Source: Dehalococcoidia bacterium (GTDB lineage Bacteria; Chloroflexota; Dehalococcoidia; Lucifugimonadales; Australimonadaceae). From it: DNA of 64,000 nt. Where the stretch lies: positions 461,594 to 525,593 of the forward strand of contig CBDFLS010000002.1 in assembly GCA_965249185.1 (NCBI GenBank), given 5' to 3'. Within the stretch, counting starts at the first letter, position 1. Every line of letters starts with the position of its first letter. Shown piece after piece: positions 38,292 to 45,985 of the stretch. The notes under the pieces were generated by a model. That model was not told the DNA's origin. It worked only from the letters and a program-made list of their open reading frames with translations, and ran no database searches. Both the position numbers and the translations under genes were made by a program.

Positions 38292-38737
38292 GTGTTCTTG
38301 GAACGCAGGAAGTTGATGAACTCCGCCGCCAGGTGGGCCTCTTCCTCCGACATTCGCCCGCCCGCCAGATAGGCTACCGAGGGCTCCAGTGGGCTGCCTG
38401 ACCCGTCCCTGCCAAGTAACCAGTCCACCGAAACGCCGAAAAGGGTGGCGAGAGCGCTCTTATTCGCGTCGCTAGGCCCAGAGTCTCCCAATTCCCAGAA
38501 GCTCACCGCTTTGGGCGAGACTCCAAGCCGGTCCGCTACATTCTCTTGGGTCATGTGGGCCCGCTTCCGGCATTGCCGCAGCCGTTGGCCTACGAGCATC
38601 CTGGCCGGGTCTCGTCGGCCCGCCCTCGCAGTCTTCGCTGACTCCAATAACGCTTCCACTTCAGCGCCTCCCCTCGGTGGTCGATGTAGTACTACCGACC
38701 GTACTTTTGGCTCACCGACCGGTACTTTTTGGCTCAT
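38288..38737 (-). CDS. XRE-family HTH repressor (CI-like), no S24 peptidase domain
   Basis: LVGQRLRQCRKRAHMTQENVADRLGVSPKAVSFWELGDSGPS..LATLFGVSVDWLLG. Divergent from the cro-like gene. Confidence 0.8.
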   Translation of the reverse strand: MSQKVPVGEPKVRSVVLHRPPRGGAEVEALLESAKTARAGRRDPARMLVGQRLRQCRKRAHMTQENVADRLGVSPKAVSFWELGDSGPSDANKSALATLFGVSVDWLLGRDGSGSPLEPSVAYLAGGRMSEEEAHLAAEFINFLRSKNT

Positions 38738-38740
38738 CGC

Positions 38741-38791
38741 AATTTAGTTTGTGTAGAGACTCTTGACAAGTCCAGTAAGTATCGCTACCCT
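38741..38791. promoter_or_regulatory. Divergent promoter/switch region between repressor and cro-like genes
   Basis: The palindrome CTTGACAAG supplies TTGACA (plus, 38763-38768; 17 nt to TACCCT) and TTGTCA (minus, 38769-38764; 17 nt to TAAATT 38746-38741, 3 nt before the repressor ATG). TGTAGAG is repeated at 38753 and 38796. Confidence 0.4.
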
Positions 38792-38813
38792 TTTATGTAG
38801 AGGTACTACAGAG

Positions 38814-39062
38814 ATGCTCCAAGGCGATGTCAGAGACCAGAGCCGGATCAGGGAGTGGTTGGTGAGGAACGAACGAACGCAGGCCTGGCTCGCTCGGAAG
38901 GCTGATATGAGCGAGACCCAGCTCCACCATCTCATCACCTGCAAGCACAAGGCTGGCCCCAAGACGCTACGGCGACTGGAGGTGGCCATGAGCCTGGAGA
39001 TTGGCTCGATGCAGCCGTGGGTGGACACGTCAGATCTCGGCAATGGAGGGCGTGCGAAATGA
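38814..39062 (+). CDS. Cro-like XRE-family HTH protein
   Basis: MLQGDVRDQSRIREWLVRNERTQAWLARKADMSETQLHHLITCKH. ATG 38814 follows AGAGG. The ORF-track start 38763 lies in the promoter. Confidence 0.7.
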   Translation: MLQGDVRDQSRIREWLVRNERTQAWLARKADMSETQLHHLITCKHKAGPKTLRRLEVAMSLEIGSMQPWVDTSDLGNGGRAK

Positions 39063-40384
39063 CCACAGGAACCAGGGTGCGGCTTCCCGAGGAGACGAGC
39101 GGCCAGATCGGTGTCCGGCAGGCAGCCCGCAAATACGCTCTTTATGGGATCAGCCCGAGCCACATTAGCCGGTGGGTGAAGGAAGGCGTAGTCGCAGTGG
39201 CCAAGGAGCCAGCATTTCCTGGCGACACGATGCTACTGGACGAGAGATCCCTGCGCCGGCGAATAGGGGACTACAGCCCGCATCGGGACAACAGCGCGAA
39301 GAAGGCCATGCGCGGACGCACACTGGAGGTCAGAGCCAGCGTGAATGGCAACGGGCATTCTGCTGGCGCGCCGCCGGCTCTCCCACAGAGGAGCCTGCGC
39401 GGTCGGACCTTGGCGCCCAGGCCATCCGCCACCGCTCCAGATTCGGAGAACCCGGTCATGGATACGGCCGAGTGGGTGGAGAAATTCAGCAAGCGTAAGG
39501 AGATGAGCGCGGCGAGCCTCAGCAACTACGTGTGGACCTTCAAGCCTTTTCAGAGGAAGTTCCCCACCCTGCCGATGTCCAGGCAAGAGATCCTGGAATA
39601 CATCAGGGCGCTGCCGGTCGCTCCCGGATCCAAGGTGAGGGCCCACGTTGACATCAGCACGCTCTACAACTGGCTCAGGCGTGAGTTTAGCATCCACACC
39701 CCGGATCTCACCCATCCAGATCTGCCTGCGGCCCCGAAAGGTGGTCCGGCACTAACGCAAGAGCAGATGGCCAAGTCCCTCCGGCTAGCACGATCACACG
39801 AGGAATGGACGATCATCGTTGCCTTGGGCCAGACGGGGATGCGGGAGGGCGAACTCTGCTCACTCAGCGAGCGAGATCCCCGACGCGAGGGGCGGCGCAA
39901 GAACGGCGAGCCGGTGGTGGACGGTAAGGGTTGGGTGGTTGTGTATGGCAAGCCTACCAAGGCGAATGCGACTGGTGAGCGCGTGGTCTATCTCCCAACC
40001 GAGACGATGGAAGCGTTACAGCGCGAGATCCGGCTCCATGGATGTCTAACCCTCAGGGGACAACCAATCGGCGAAATCAAGCTGCGCGACTATATGCGGC
40101 GCTTGTTCAAGAGGGCCGGTTTCTACCAGCTGGGGATGAACACCCACGCCTTCCGTCGTGCCTTCGAGGCGGAGTTTCTCCGCAATGGCGGCAGCGAGCT
40201 GTGGATGGACGAGCTGCTGGGCCACCGCAAGGTGGGGATGCGCAGCCTCTACTTCAACGGTCCGGCGGAAGAGGCTCTGGAGCAGGCCGAGAAATATGCT
40301 CCTCGCCGCTTCCTCGCCCTGGCCCAGGGGGACCCGCTGCCTGGGCTCCTGGAGCATGCTGAGGTCGACGGGAGTGCCGCCTGA
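39059..40384 (+). CDS. int: Tyrosine recombinase (phage integrase) with N-terminal HTH extension
   Basis: Catalytic residues in order: GMREGEL (R), HAFRRAF (HxxR), LLGHRKVGM (H), SLYF (Y). N-terminal IGVRQAARKYALYGISPSHISRWVKEG (HTH). ATGA overlap with the cro-like stop. Confidence 0.85.
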   Translation: MTTGTRVRLPEETSGQIGVRQAARKYALYGISPSHISRWVKEGVVAVAKEPAFPGDTMLLDERSLRRRIGDYSPHRDNSAKKAMRGRTLEVRASVNGNGHSAGAPPALPQRSLRGRTLAPRPSATAPDSENPVMDTAEWVEKFSKRKEMSAASLSNYVWTFKPFQRKFPTLPMSRQEILEYIRALPVAPGSKVRAHVDISTLYNWLRREFSIHTPDLTHPDLPAAPKGGPALTQEQMAKSLRLARSHEEWTIIVALGQTGMREGELCSLSERDPRREGRRKNGEPVVDGKGWVVVYGKPTKANATGERVVYLPTETMEALQREIRLHGCLTLRGQPIGEIKLRDYMRRLFKRAGFYQLGMNTHAFRRAFEAEFLRNGGSELWMDELLGHRKVGMRSLYFNGPAEEALEQAEKYAPRRFLALAQGDPLPGLLEHAEVDGSAA

Positions 40385-40848
40385 TGCGCTGCGCCCTCCA
40401 ATATGCCAAGAGTCTGCGCGCCGGCTTGGACAGGGATTATCCCGGCTGGACCGTCGAGCTCATCTGGTGCCCCTGGCACCGGGAGAAGCACGAGATCATC
40501 TCCGACATCCGTCAGGCGCCGCTTCTGGCGTCGCCAGTCTCCAGGACGGGTGCAACATTTCACCGGCCGTCGCATCGGCCTCGGCCCGTCGGCTGGTGCC
40601 CGTGGCACGAGACTGCAAGCCCCCAGCTCACGGCTCCATGCGCCTATTGCGACACGCAGCTTCATGTCCATCAACCAGAGCTGGCGAAGGTGAAGTCCGG
40701 CCGGCAGGAGTTGGGGTATCTGGTTGAGCGCTGCCCAGCCTGCCACCGCTACAACGCTGTGATCCCCGCCTACGGGCTTGGAGGCATCAGGACATCCCGC
40801 CTGGCGGACGGCGCGCCGGTACTCCAGCTCAAGCTCGGGAGGGCCTAG
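40384..40848 (+). CDS. Hypothetical Cys/Trp-rich phage protein
   Basis: 154 aa. Duplicated WCPWH motif (IWCPWHREKHE, GWCPWHETASP) plus CAYC..CPAC zinc-ribbon-like pairs. Confidence 0.6.
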   Translation: MRCALQYAKSLRAGLDRDYPGWTVELIWCPWHREKHEIISDIRQAPLLASPVSRTGATFHRPSHRPRPVGWCPWHETASPQLTAPCAYCDTQLHVHQPELAKVKSGRQELGYLVERCPACHRYNAVIPAYGLGGIRTSRLADGAPVLQLKLGRA

Positions 40849-40850
40849 CA

Positions 40851-41321
40851 ATGGCAGGGCAGGTAATAGCTTTCGAGACCACTAAGGTCCCAGCGGATAA
40901 GACGGCGATGGAGATCGAAGACCTGCTGCGGAAGCATCACGCGAGCAAGGTTGCCAAGGAGTATGCCGCTGGGACCATCTTGGCGCTCTACTTCGAGATG
41001 ATGACGCCCCAGGGCCCGGTTTCCTTCAAGCTGCCGGTGAACGTTGACGCGGTGTATCAGGTCGTCCTCAACAAGCGAGCGGAGAGCCCTGTCTATGCGC
41101 ACCGGTTCCCTGACCATGACCAAAAACTAAAGGTCCATGCTCAAGCGGAACGCATAGCCTGGCGGATCATCCGTGAGTGGGTCAAAGCCCAACTGGACCT
41201 GATCCAGACGCAGATGGTGACCGTCGTGGAGGTGTTCATGCCGTACCTGCTTGTGGGCCATGGCGAGACGGCCTATGAGCGGTTCATGGCGCCCGCCGAG
41301 GATGGAGGGTTCCGTGGGTAG
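40851..41321 (+). CDS. Hypothetical phage protein
   Basis: 156-aa ORF, coding-like, tightly packed with neighbours. No family recognised. Confidence 0.6.
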   Translation: MAGQVIAFETTKVPADKTAMEIEDLLRKHHASKVAKEYAAGTILALYFEMMTPQGPVSFKLPVNVDAVYQVVLNKRAESPVYAHRFPDHDQKLKVHAQAERIAWRIIREWVKAQLDLIQTQMVTVVEVFMPYLLVGHGETAYERFMAPAEDGGFRG

Positions 41322-41628
41322 CCATCTCACTGAGAAAGGCCTCTTCAAGAGCGACAAGTATCCCTGGTGCCCCGAGGGCTTCTTCGCTCTGAAACGGACG
41401 GACTGGCGGGCGAGGGTTGTGGTGGCGATCTATGCCGAATTGGCGTGGGACCCTCGTTACTCCTGGTGCCCCGAGGGCTTCATAGTCCTGGACCTCGCTA
41501 AACAGGAGCACAGAAATGCAGCGTGCTTCTACACGACGATAAAGATAGGCGCATCCATCCACACTGGCGCGGAGCCGCTGGAGCCCGAGCTGGTCAGGGA
41601 TTTGCTGATTGCGATAAGGAAGCGATGA
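41314..41628 (+). CDS. Hypothetical phage protein with duplicated WCPEGF motif
   Basis: GTG 41314 (8-nt overlap with the previous stop). KYPWCPEGFF and RYSWCPEGFI repeats. ATG 41251 is the alternative start. Confidence 0.5.
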   Translation: MGSHLTEKGLFKSDKYPWCPEGFFALKRTDWRARVVVAIYAELAWDPRYSWCPEGFIVLDLAKQEHRNAACFYTTIKIGASIHTGAEPLEPELVRDLLIAIRKR

Positions 41629-42563
41629 GCGACAAGAGCGCCATTGAGTGGACCGATTCTACTTGGAATCCAACCACGGGCTGCACCAAGGTTAGCCCTG
41701 GATGTGCCTATTGCTACGCCGAGCGGGTGGAACACCGCTGGGGGCGCGATCACCGTTCATGGGGCATCCCATCAGGCGCGGGTGGCCGAGGCGTGACGCT
41801 GCACGATGCACGTCTCAACGTCCCACTACTCTGGACCAAGCCGCGCATGGTGTTCGTGGACAGCATGAGCGATCTGTTCCACGAGGAGATACCGGACGAT
41901 TTCATCGGCAAAGTCTTCGCGGTCATGTGGCTTGCGGGTCAGCAGCGAGGACATATTTTTCAGGTGCTCACGAAGCGTCCAGAGCGGGCGTGGAATTGGT
42001 TCCGTACCGTTGGGTGGATAGCGACAAATGGAGCGCTCTTCGGGTTTGGGAGACAGGTGATACCCGGTGGCACGGACGGTCCTAATTGGCCGCTGCATAA
42101 CGTATGGGTCGGAGTCTCCGTGGAGAATCAGCGCATGGCTGATCTCCGGTTGCCGATCCTGGCTCAGATCCCGGCTGCCGTGCGGTTCGTGAGCTGCGAG
42201 CCTCTGCTGGGGAAGCTCAACCTGAGGGCAGGGCCCCGAGACTCTCTCGATTGGGTGATCGTAGGCGGGGAGAGCGGCGGACCTGCCCACCGGCGCCTGG
42301 TGTATCAGACTGCTGATGGCGGTTACGCGCCCTACTTGGACAGGATGGACTGGGTGCGTTCGATCAGGGACCAGTGCTCGGGTGCCGGGGTGCCATTCTT
42401 CTTCAAGCAATGGGGAGGCCCCACGGCAAAGGCCGGCGGCGCCATTCTCGACGGACGCAAATGGAGAGAGATCCCCGATGCGGGAGAGCTGGGCTCGTCC
42501 AGGCCTCATTTGCCTAGATCGGCAAGTTCGATTCCTGCTCCCGCTACCAGAGAGATCGAATGA
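41625..42563 (+). CDS. Phage Gp37/Gp68-family protein (DUF5131), three-Cys motif
   Basis: MSDKSAIEWTDSTWNPTTGCTKVSPGCAYCYAE (Cx6CxxC), VFVDSMSDLFHE, FQVLTKRPER, VWVGVSVE, VSCEPLLG, DWVIVGGESG, FFFKQWGG. Confidence 0.8.
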   Translation: MSDKSAIEWTDSTWNPTTGCTKVSPGCAYCYAERVEHRWGRDHRSWGIPSGAGGRGVTLHDARLNVPLLWTKPRMVFVDSMSDLFHEEIPDDFIGKVFAVMWLAGQQRGHIFQVLTKRPERAWNWFRTVGWIATNGALFGFGRQVIPGGTDGPNWPLHNVWVGVSVENQRMADLRLPILAQIPAAVRFVSCEPLLGKLNLRAGPRDSLDWVIVGGESGGPAHRRLVYQTADGGYAPYLDRMDWVRSIRDQCSGAGVPFFFKQWGGPTAKAGGAILDGRKWREIPDAGELGSSRPHLPRSASSIPAPATREIE

Positions 42564-42952
42564 TGGACTGGGGACCGAGCTACTACGGCAGGCAGCAATG
42601 GGTGGACACGATGGACGGCTCCACCATTGCCGCCCCAGCAATACCGATGACTGTGGACTCGTTCATGGAGGCCTTAATAGATGCGCGAGACCTCTATGCT
42701 GACCGCCGCCATGGCCGCAATCGCACCTGGGTGGAAACGGTGTTCCCGATGAGCCAGGAGGACCGGCTGCTGACCTCGGTGGAGCTACTGGCGGTGGAGA
42801 AGGCGACCATGCGGGACGTGCTCCAGGCCCAGGACGCCAAAACGACGGCCTGGTGGGCGGCCAAGCTCCGGGAGGCTGAGCTGAGCAGCATGTCTTGGCT
42901 GAACCCCAGGGCCGTCGTGCGGGAGATGTTCAGGGAATCCGGGGCCCAATGA
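42560..42952 (+). CDS. Hypothetical phage protein
   Basis: 130-aa ORF. ATGA-type overlaps at both ends. No family recognised. Confidence 0.55.
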   Translation: MMDWGPSYYGRQQWVDTMDGSTIAAPAIPMTVDSFMEALIDARDLYADRRHGRNRTWVETVFPMSQEDRLLTSVELLAVEKATMRDVLQAQDAKTTAWWAAKLREAELSSMSWLNPRAVVREMFRESGAQ

Positions 42953-43161
42953 CCACCGCCACCGGGAGCAGAAGGAACAACATCCGATTCTACCGGGAGC
43001 AAGGGCTCTGCTGGTTTTGCGCCAGCGCTCCAGTGCCAGGCCAGACACTTTGCAAGTACCACCAACGGAGGAATCGCCTCAACGCACGGAGGGCGTACTG
43101 GCGAAGGAAATGGATTACTTGGGCTGATTTGGAATATGGGCCAGTAGGAGGGAATTTATGA
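42949..43161 (+). CDS. Hypothetical small Cys/Arg-rich phage protein
   Basis: 70 aa from ATG 42949 (ATGA overlap). CWFC..CKYH zinc-finger-like motif. Confidence 0.5.
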   Translation: MTTATGSRRNNIRFYREQGLCWFCASAPVPGQTLCKYHQRRNRLNARRAYWRRKWITWADLEYGPVGGNL

Positions 43162-44192
43162 CCACGCAGAAGACACGAAAGAGGAAGGCGAGGCGGTCCG
43201 CCGTGGGGAGATCCGCGCCCGCTCAAGCTCCGAGGTCAAATGGAGCGCCGGCCGCCGGCAAGGGTCCTGAGCTGCTGTGGCTGGACCCGAAGGCCATCGT
43301 CTGGCCAGAGACCAGGATCACGTCGCATTATGGCCCGGCCGACACGGCGGCGCTGAGCGAGAGCCTCCAGGGGGTGGGTCAACAGCAGCCTGTCGGCGTG
43401 TATCTGGTGGACGGCAAGTACATCGGTGCAGACGGGATGAACCGGTGCCAGGTCGCCATCGAGAGCGGCGCCGCTACCATCCTCTGTGTGGTCCGTGAGG
43501 GGCAGGCGAAGGACGTGCTCCAAAGCAACATCGCCACAGCCCTGCTCCGAGGCCATACGAACCCTTTGAGCGTGGCGGAGGTCATGTGGAAGGCCTACAA
43601 CGAAGAGGGCGTGGACATCTTCGATCTCGCCAAGTCCGCCGGCCGCAGCACGGATTGGGTGGAGGCGATGCTTCTGGTCTCCCAGTCCTCACCGGTCCTG
43701 AAGCAAGCGCTGGGTGACGAGCTGATCGCCATGGGGCACGCCGAATTGCTCAGCGCCATTGAGGACCGGGACGAACAGGAGGAGGCGCTGCGCAAACAGC
43801 TCATGCACCGGTGGACGATCCCTGAGCTGGAGGCCTACCTCCGTGGGGACGAGACGACGCCCGAGCGCCGAACCCGCCGGAGCGCGGGACGCAATCCCCT
43901 GGCCTGCAACGTCTGTCACACGGAGCACGAGCCCCAGATGATCCAGACCATGAACATCTGCTCAGGCTGTCTGGAGGGACTTGGAGAGGTCCCGGTCCAG
44001 GTCGCGGTCCTGTTCCAGACTGCCATGGATGATCTGCGGCAGGCGGAGAGCCTGCTGGCTGCGAGCCCCGAGGGCGCTCCGGTCGCGGAGCGGCTCTCGG
44101 CTCTGGTGGAGCGGGTGGAGGAGATCCTCGGCCGCAATGCCACGGACAGCACACCGGGCTCGGAAAATGAGCAGGCCGATGACGATGAGTAG
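43158..44192 (+). CDS. ParB/sulfiredoxin-fold nuclease-like protein with C-terminal CxxC..CxxC
   Basis: LLWLDPKAIVWPETRI, LSESLQGVGQQQPVGVYLVDGKYIGADGMNRCQVAIESG (ParB N-domain pattern). C-terminal CNVCH..CSGC. Confidence 0.65.
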   Translation: MTTQKTRKRKARRSAVGRSAPAQAPRSNGAPAAGKGPELLWLDPKAIVWPETRITSHYGPADTAALSESLQGVGQQQPVGVYLVDGKYIGADGMNRCQVAIESGAATILCVVREGQAKDVLQSNIATALLRGHTNPLSVAEVMWKAYNEEGVDIFDLAKSAGRSTDWVEAMLLVSQSSPVLKQALGDELIAMGHAELLSAIEDRDEQEEALRKQLMHRWTIPELEAYLRGDETTPERRTRRSAGRNPLACNVCHTEHEPQMIQTMNICSGCLEGLGEVPVQVAVLFQTAMDDLRQAESLLAASPEGAPVAERLSALVERVEEILGRNATDSTPGSENEQADDDE

Positions 44193-44436
44193 GCTCCTCA
44201 CGGTGGAAGAGATCCAGCGGGTACGTGAGCTGGCGACGAATTTGGCCTCGGTGCTCAGAGCGCGCAAGCAGCTGACCGCGGCAATGGAGGAGCGGTACGG
44301 ACCATTCACCGTGGTCGATGCCTGGGATGAGGATTGGTTACGCGAGGCGCGGCGAGTGAAAGAGGTCTCTGACAGGGTGCTCCGGGATGTAGAGCTCTAT
44401 GAGGCCATTGGCGTCCTGCCGCCCGTCAAGCTCTAG
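44185..44436 (+). CDS. Hypothetical phage protein
   Basis: 83 aa from ATG 44185 (8-nt overlap with the ParB-like gene). No family recognised. Confidence 0.5.
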   Translation: MSRLLTVEEIQRVRELATNLASVLRARKQLTAAMEERYGPFTVVDAWDEDWLREARRVKEVSDRVLRDVELYEAIGVLPPVKL

Positions 44437-45177
44437 ATGGGCATCTCCATCGTATGCGTCTGCGGCTACGTGGGCAGCCAATGGCCTTTCAGCCCAAACC
44501 AGGAGCACGACTTCCTCGGTTGCTGGGGACGCCTGAGCGCTGAGCAGGACGTGGAGCAGGTGGAAACCGGCGGCGTGGGCGCCGAGGAGCTATCGCAGGA
44601 AGAAAGGATGAACGGAATGGACGAACACACCGCCTACTGCATCGATTCGGAGCTGACCTTTGCCCGCCACAAGTTCCCGGGGACGCGGTACCAGCTCCCC
44701 GCGCTGATGGAGGAGGTCGGAGATCTCGCCCAGGCCATGATTGCGCATTCCCTCGGCAACCAGAAGGGCGCCCAGGTCTATGCCGAGGCTATCCAAGTGG
44801 CTTGCATGGCCATTCGGATCGCGGAGGAGGGTGATGAGGCCTTTCCTTATCGCTTCGAGTATGAGCACTACCGGGACTTCGATACGCACTCCAGGGAGTT
44901 GTTCAAAGCTGTGGCTGCGCCGCCAGCGGTTGCCGCCGCCGAGCCCTCCGGCGCTCCAAAGGCCGCCGGCGGTCCCCAGATGAAGGCACCGACCCGTCCC
45001 CCAAGATTGCGGAACCTGGGCGAGTTGTTGACGGCCGCCCGCAGCCGGTGGGGCAAGACCCACCACGAGGTGCTCGCGGTTCTGGGGCTCATACAGAAGC
45101 AATCCAGCATCCTCTATGACAAGACCTTCGACCTGTACGAGGCATGGGCGAAGCTGGAGAAGGAATGGGCGGCATAA
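44437..45177 (+). CDS. Hypothetical phage protein with MazG-like all-alpha NTP-pyrophosphohydrolase-like segment
   Basis: LPALMEEVGDLAQAM...AEAIQVACMAIRIAEEG resembles the MazG ExxE/helix pattern. Pro/Ala linker and a C-terminal helical part. Start uncertain (MNGMDEH alternative). Confidence 0.45.
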   Translation: MGISIVCVCGYVGSQWPFSPNQEHDFLGCWGRLSAEQDVEQVETGGVGAEELSQEERMNGMDEHTAYCIDSELTFARHKFPGTRYQLPALMEEVGDLAQAMIAHSLGNQKGAQVYAEAIQVACMAIRIAEEGDEAFPYRFEYEHYRDFDTHSRELFKAVAAPPAVAAAEPSGAPKAAGGPQMKAPTRPPRLRNLGELLTAARSRWGKTHHEVLAVLGLIQKQSSILYDKTFDLYEAWAKLEKEWAA

Positions 45178-45276
45178 TGAAGGCGCTGTGCCTGACGCAG
45201 CAAATGGCTGGGGCGAGAAGATGAGGATGCCCTCCTGGTCCAATGGCGAGGTCTCGCTACCGCTCGGGGTGATGAC

Positions 45277-45603
45277 ATGAGTCGAAACGGTCATCGGAAT
45301 GAAGCCACTGTCTATGAGGACACGGGCTGCGGAGGCGGTTGCCTTCGGAGTCTGGAATGTCCCTACCCTGTTTGCGTCCACGACGATCCCGCCGTGGTGC
45401 TCAGGATGCGTAAAGACACGAGGGACGGTGCCATACGACGGTTGCACTCAGAGGGTCAGTCTATCGAGACGTTGGCCGATAACTTCGGCGTCACGGAGCG
45501 AACGGTTTACCGTGCGCTGTGGCCTTCGGCGCCCGAAGGCCACGCAGGACCCGTCGACGGCGATGCGATGGCAGCGAGGGATATCGACCGGCGCGTTGTC
45601 TGA
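45277..45603 (+). CDS. Small HTH protein with N-terminal 4-Cys cluster
   Basis: GCGGGCLRSLECPYPVC, then GQSIETLADNFGVTERTVYRAL (resolvase/sigma-r4-like HTH). Confidence 0.6.
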   Translation: MSRNGHRNEATVYEDTGCGGGCLRSLECPYPVCVHDDPAVVLRMRKDTRDGAIRRLHSEGQSIETLADNFGVTERTVYRALWPSAPEGHAGPVDGDAMAARDIDRRVV

Positions 45604-45620
45604 AATCCACAGCGGGAGGG

Positions 45621-45875
45621 ATGGTCATGGTGCTCGTGAAATGGGTCTTGGAATGTTACGCACCACGTTGCAAGGCGTTCATAGCGACGGGGTTCACGGA
45701 TAGCTTTTCCGACGTGTGGCCGGCCCTCGACAAGGCGATTGTCGAGACGGGCGGGTGCCCGATTGGTGAGGATCATAACGAGGTCTTTGTGACAATAACC
45801 GGCCGGCTGGAGCCAGTGCAGCAGATCATGGCGAGCGTGCCGGATGAGGGCCGGAGGCATGACAACGGTGGCTGA
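45621..45875 (+). CDS. Hypothetical phage protein
   Basis: 84 aa from ATG 45621 after GGGAGGG. Confidence 0.5.
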   Translation: MVMVLVKWVLECYAPRCKAFIATGFTDSFSDVWPALDKAIVETGGCPIGEDHNEVFVTITGRLEPVQQIMASVPDEGRRHDNGG

Positions 45876-45985
45876 GCGGGTGGTCAACCAGGACGGCACC
45901 TTCAAGGACCCCGGGCCCGTGCACCCACGGGCACCCCGAGCATCATTACACCTATGAGCCTCCCGCTGGGCCATTCTCGAATGGC

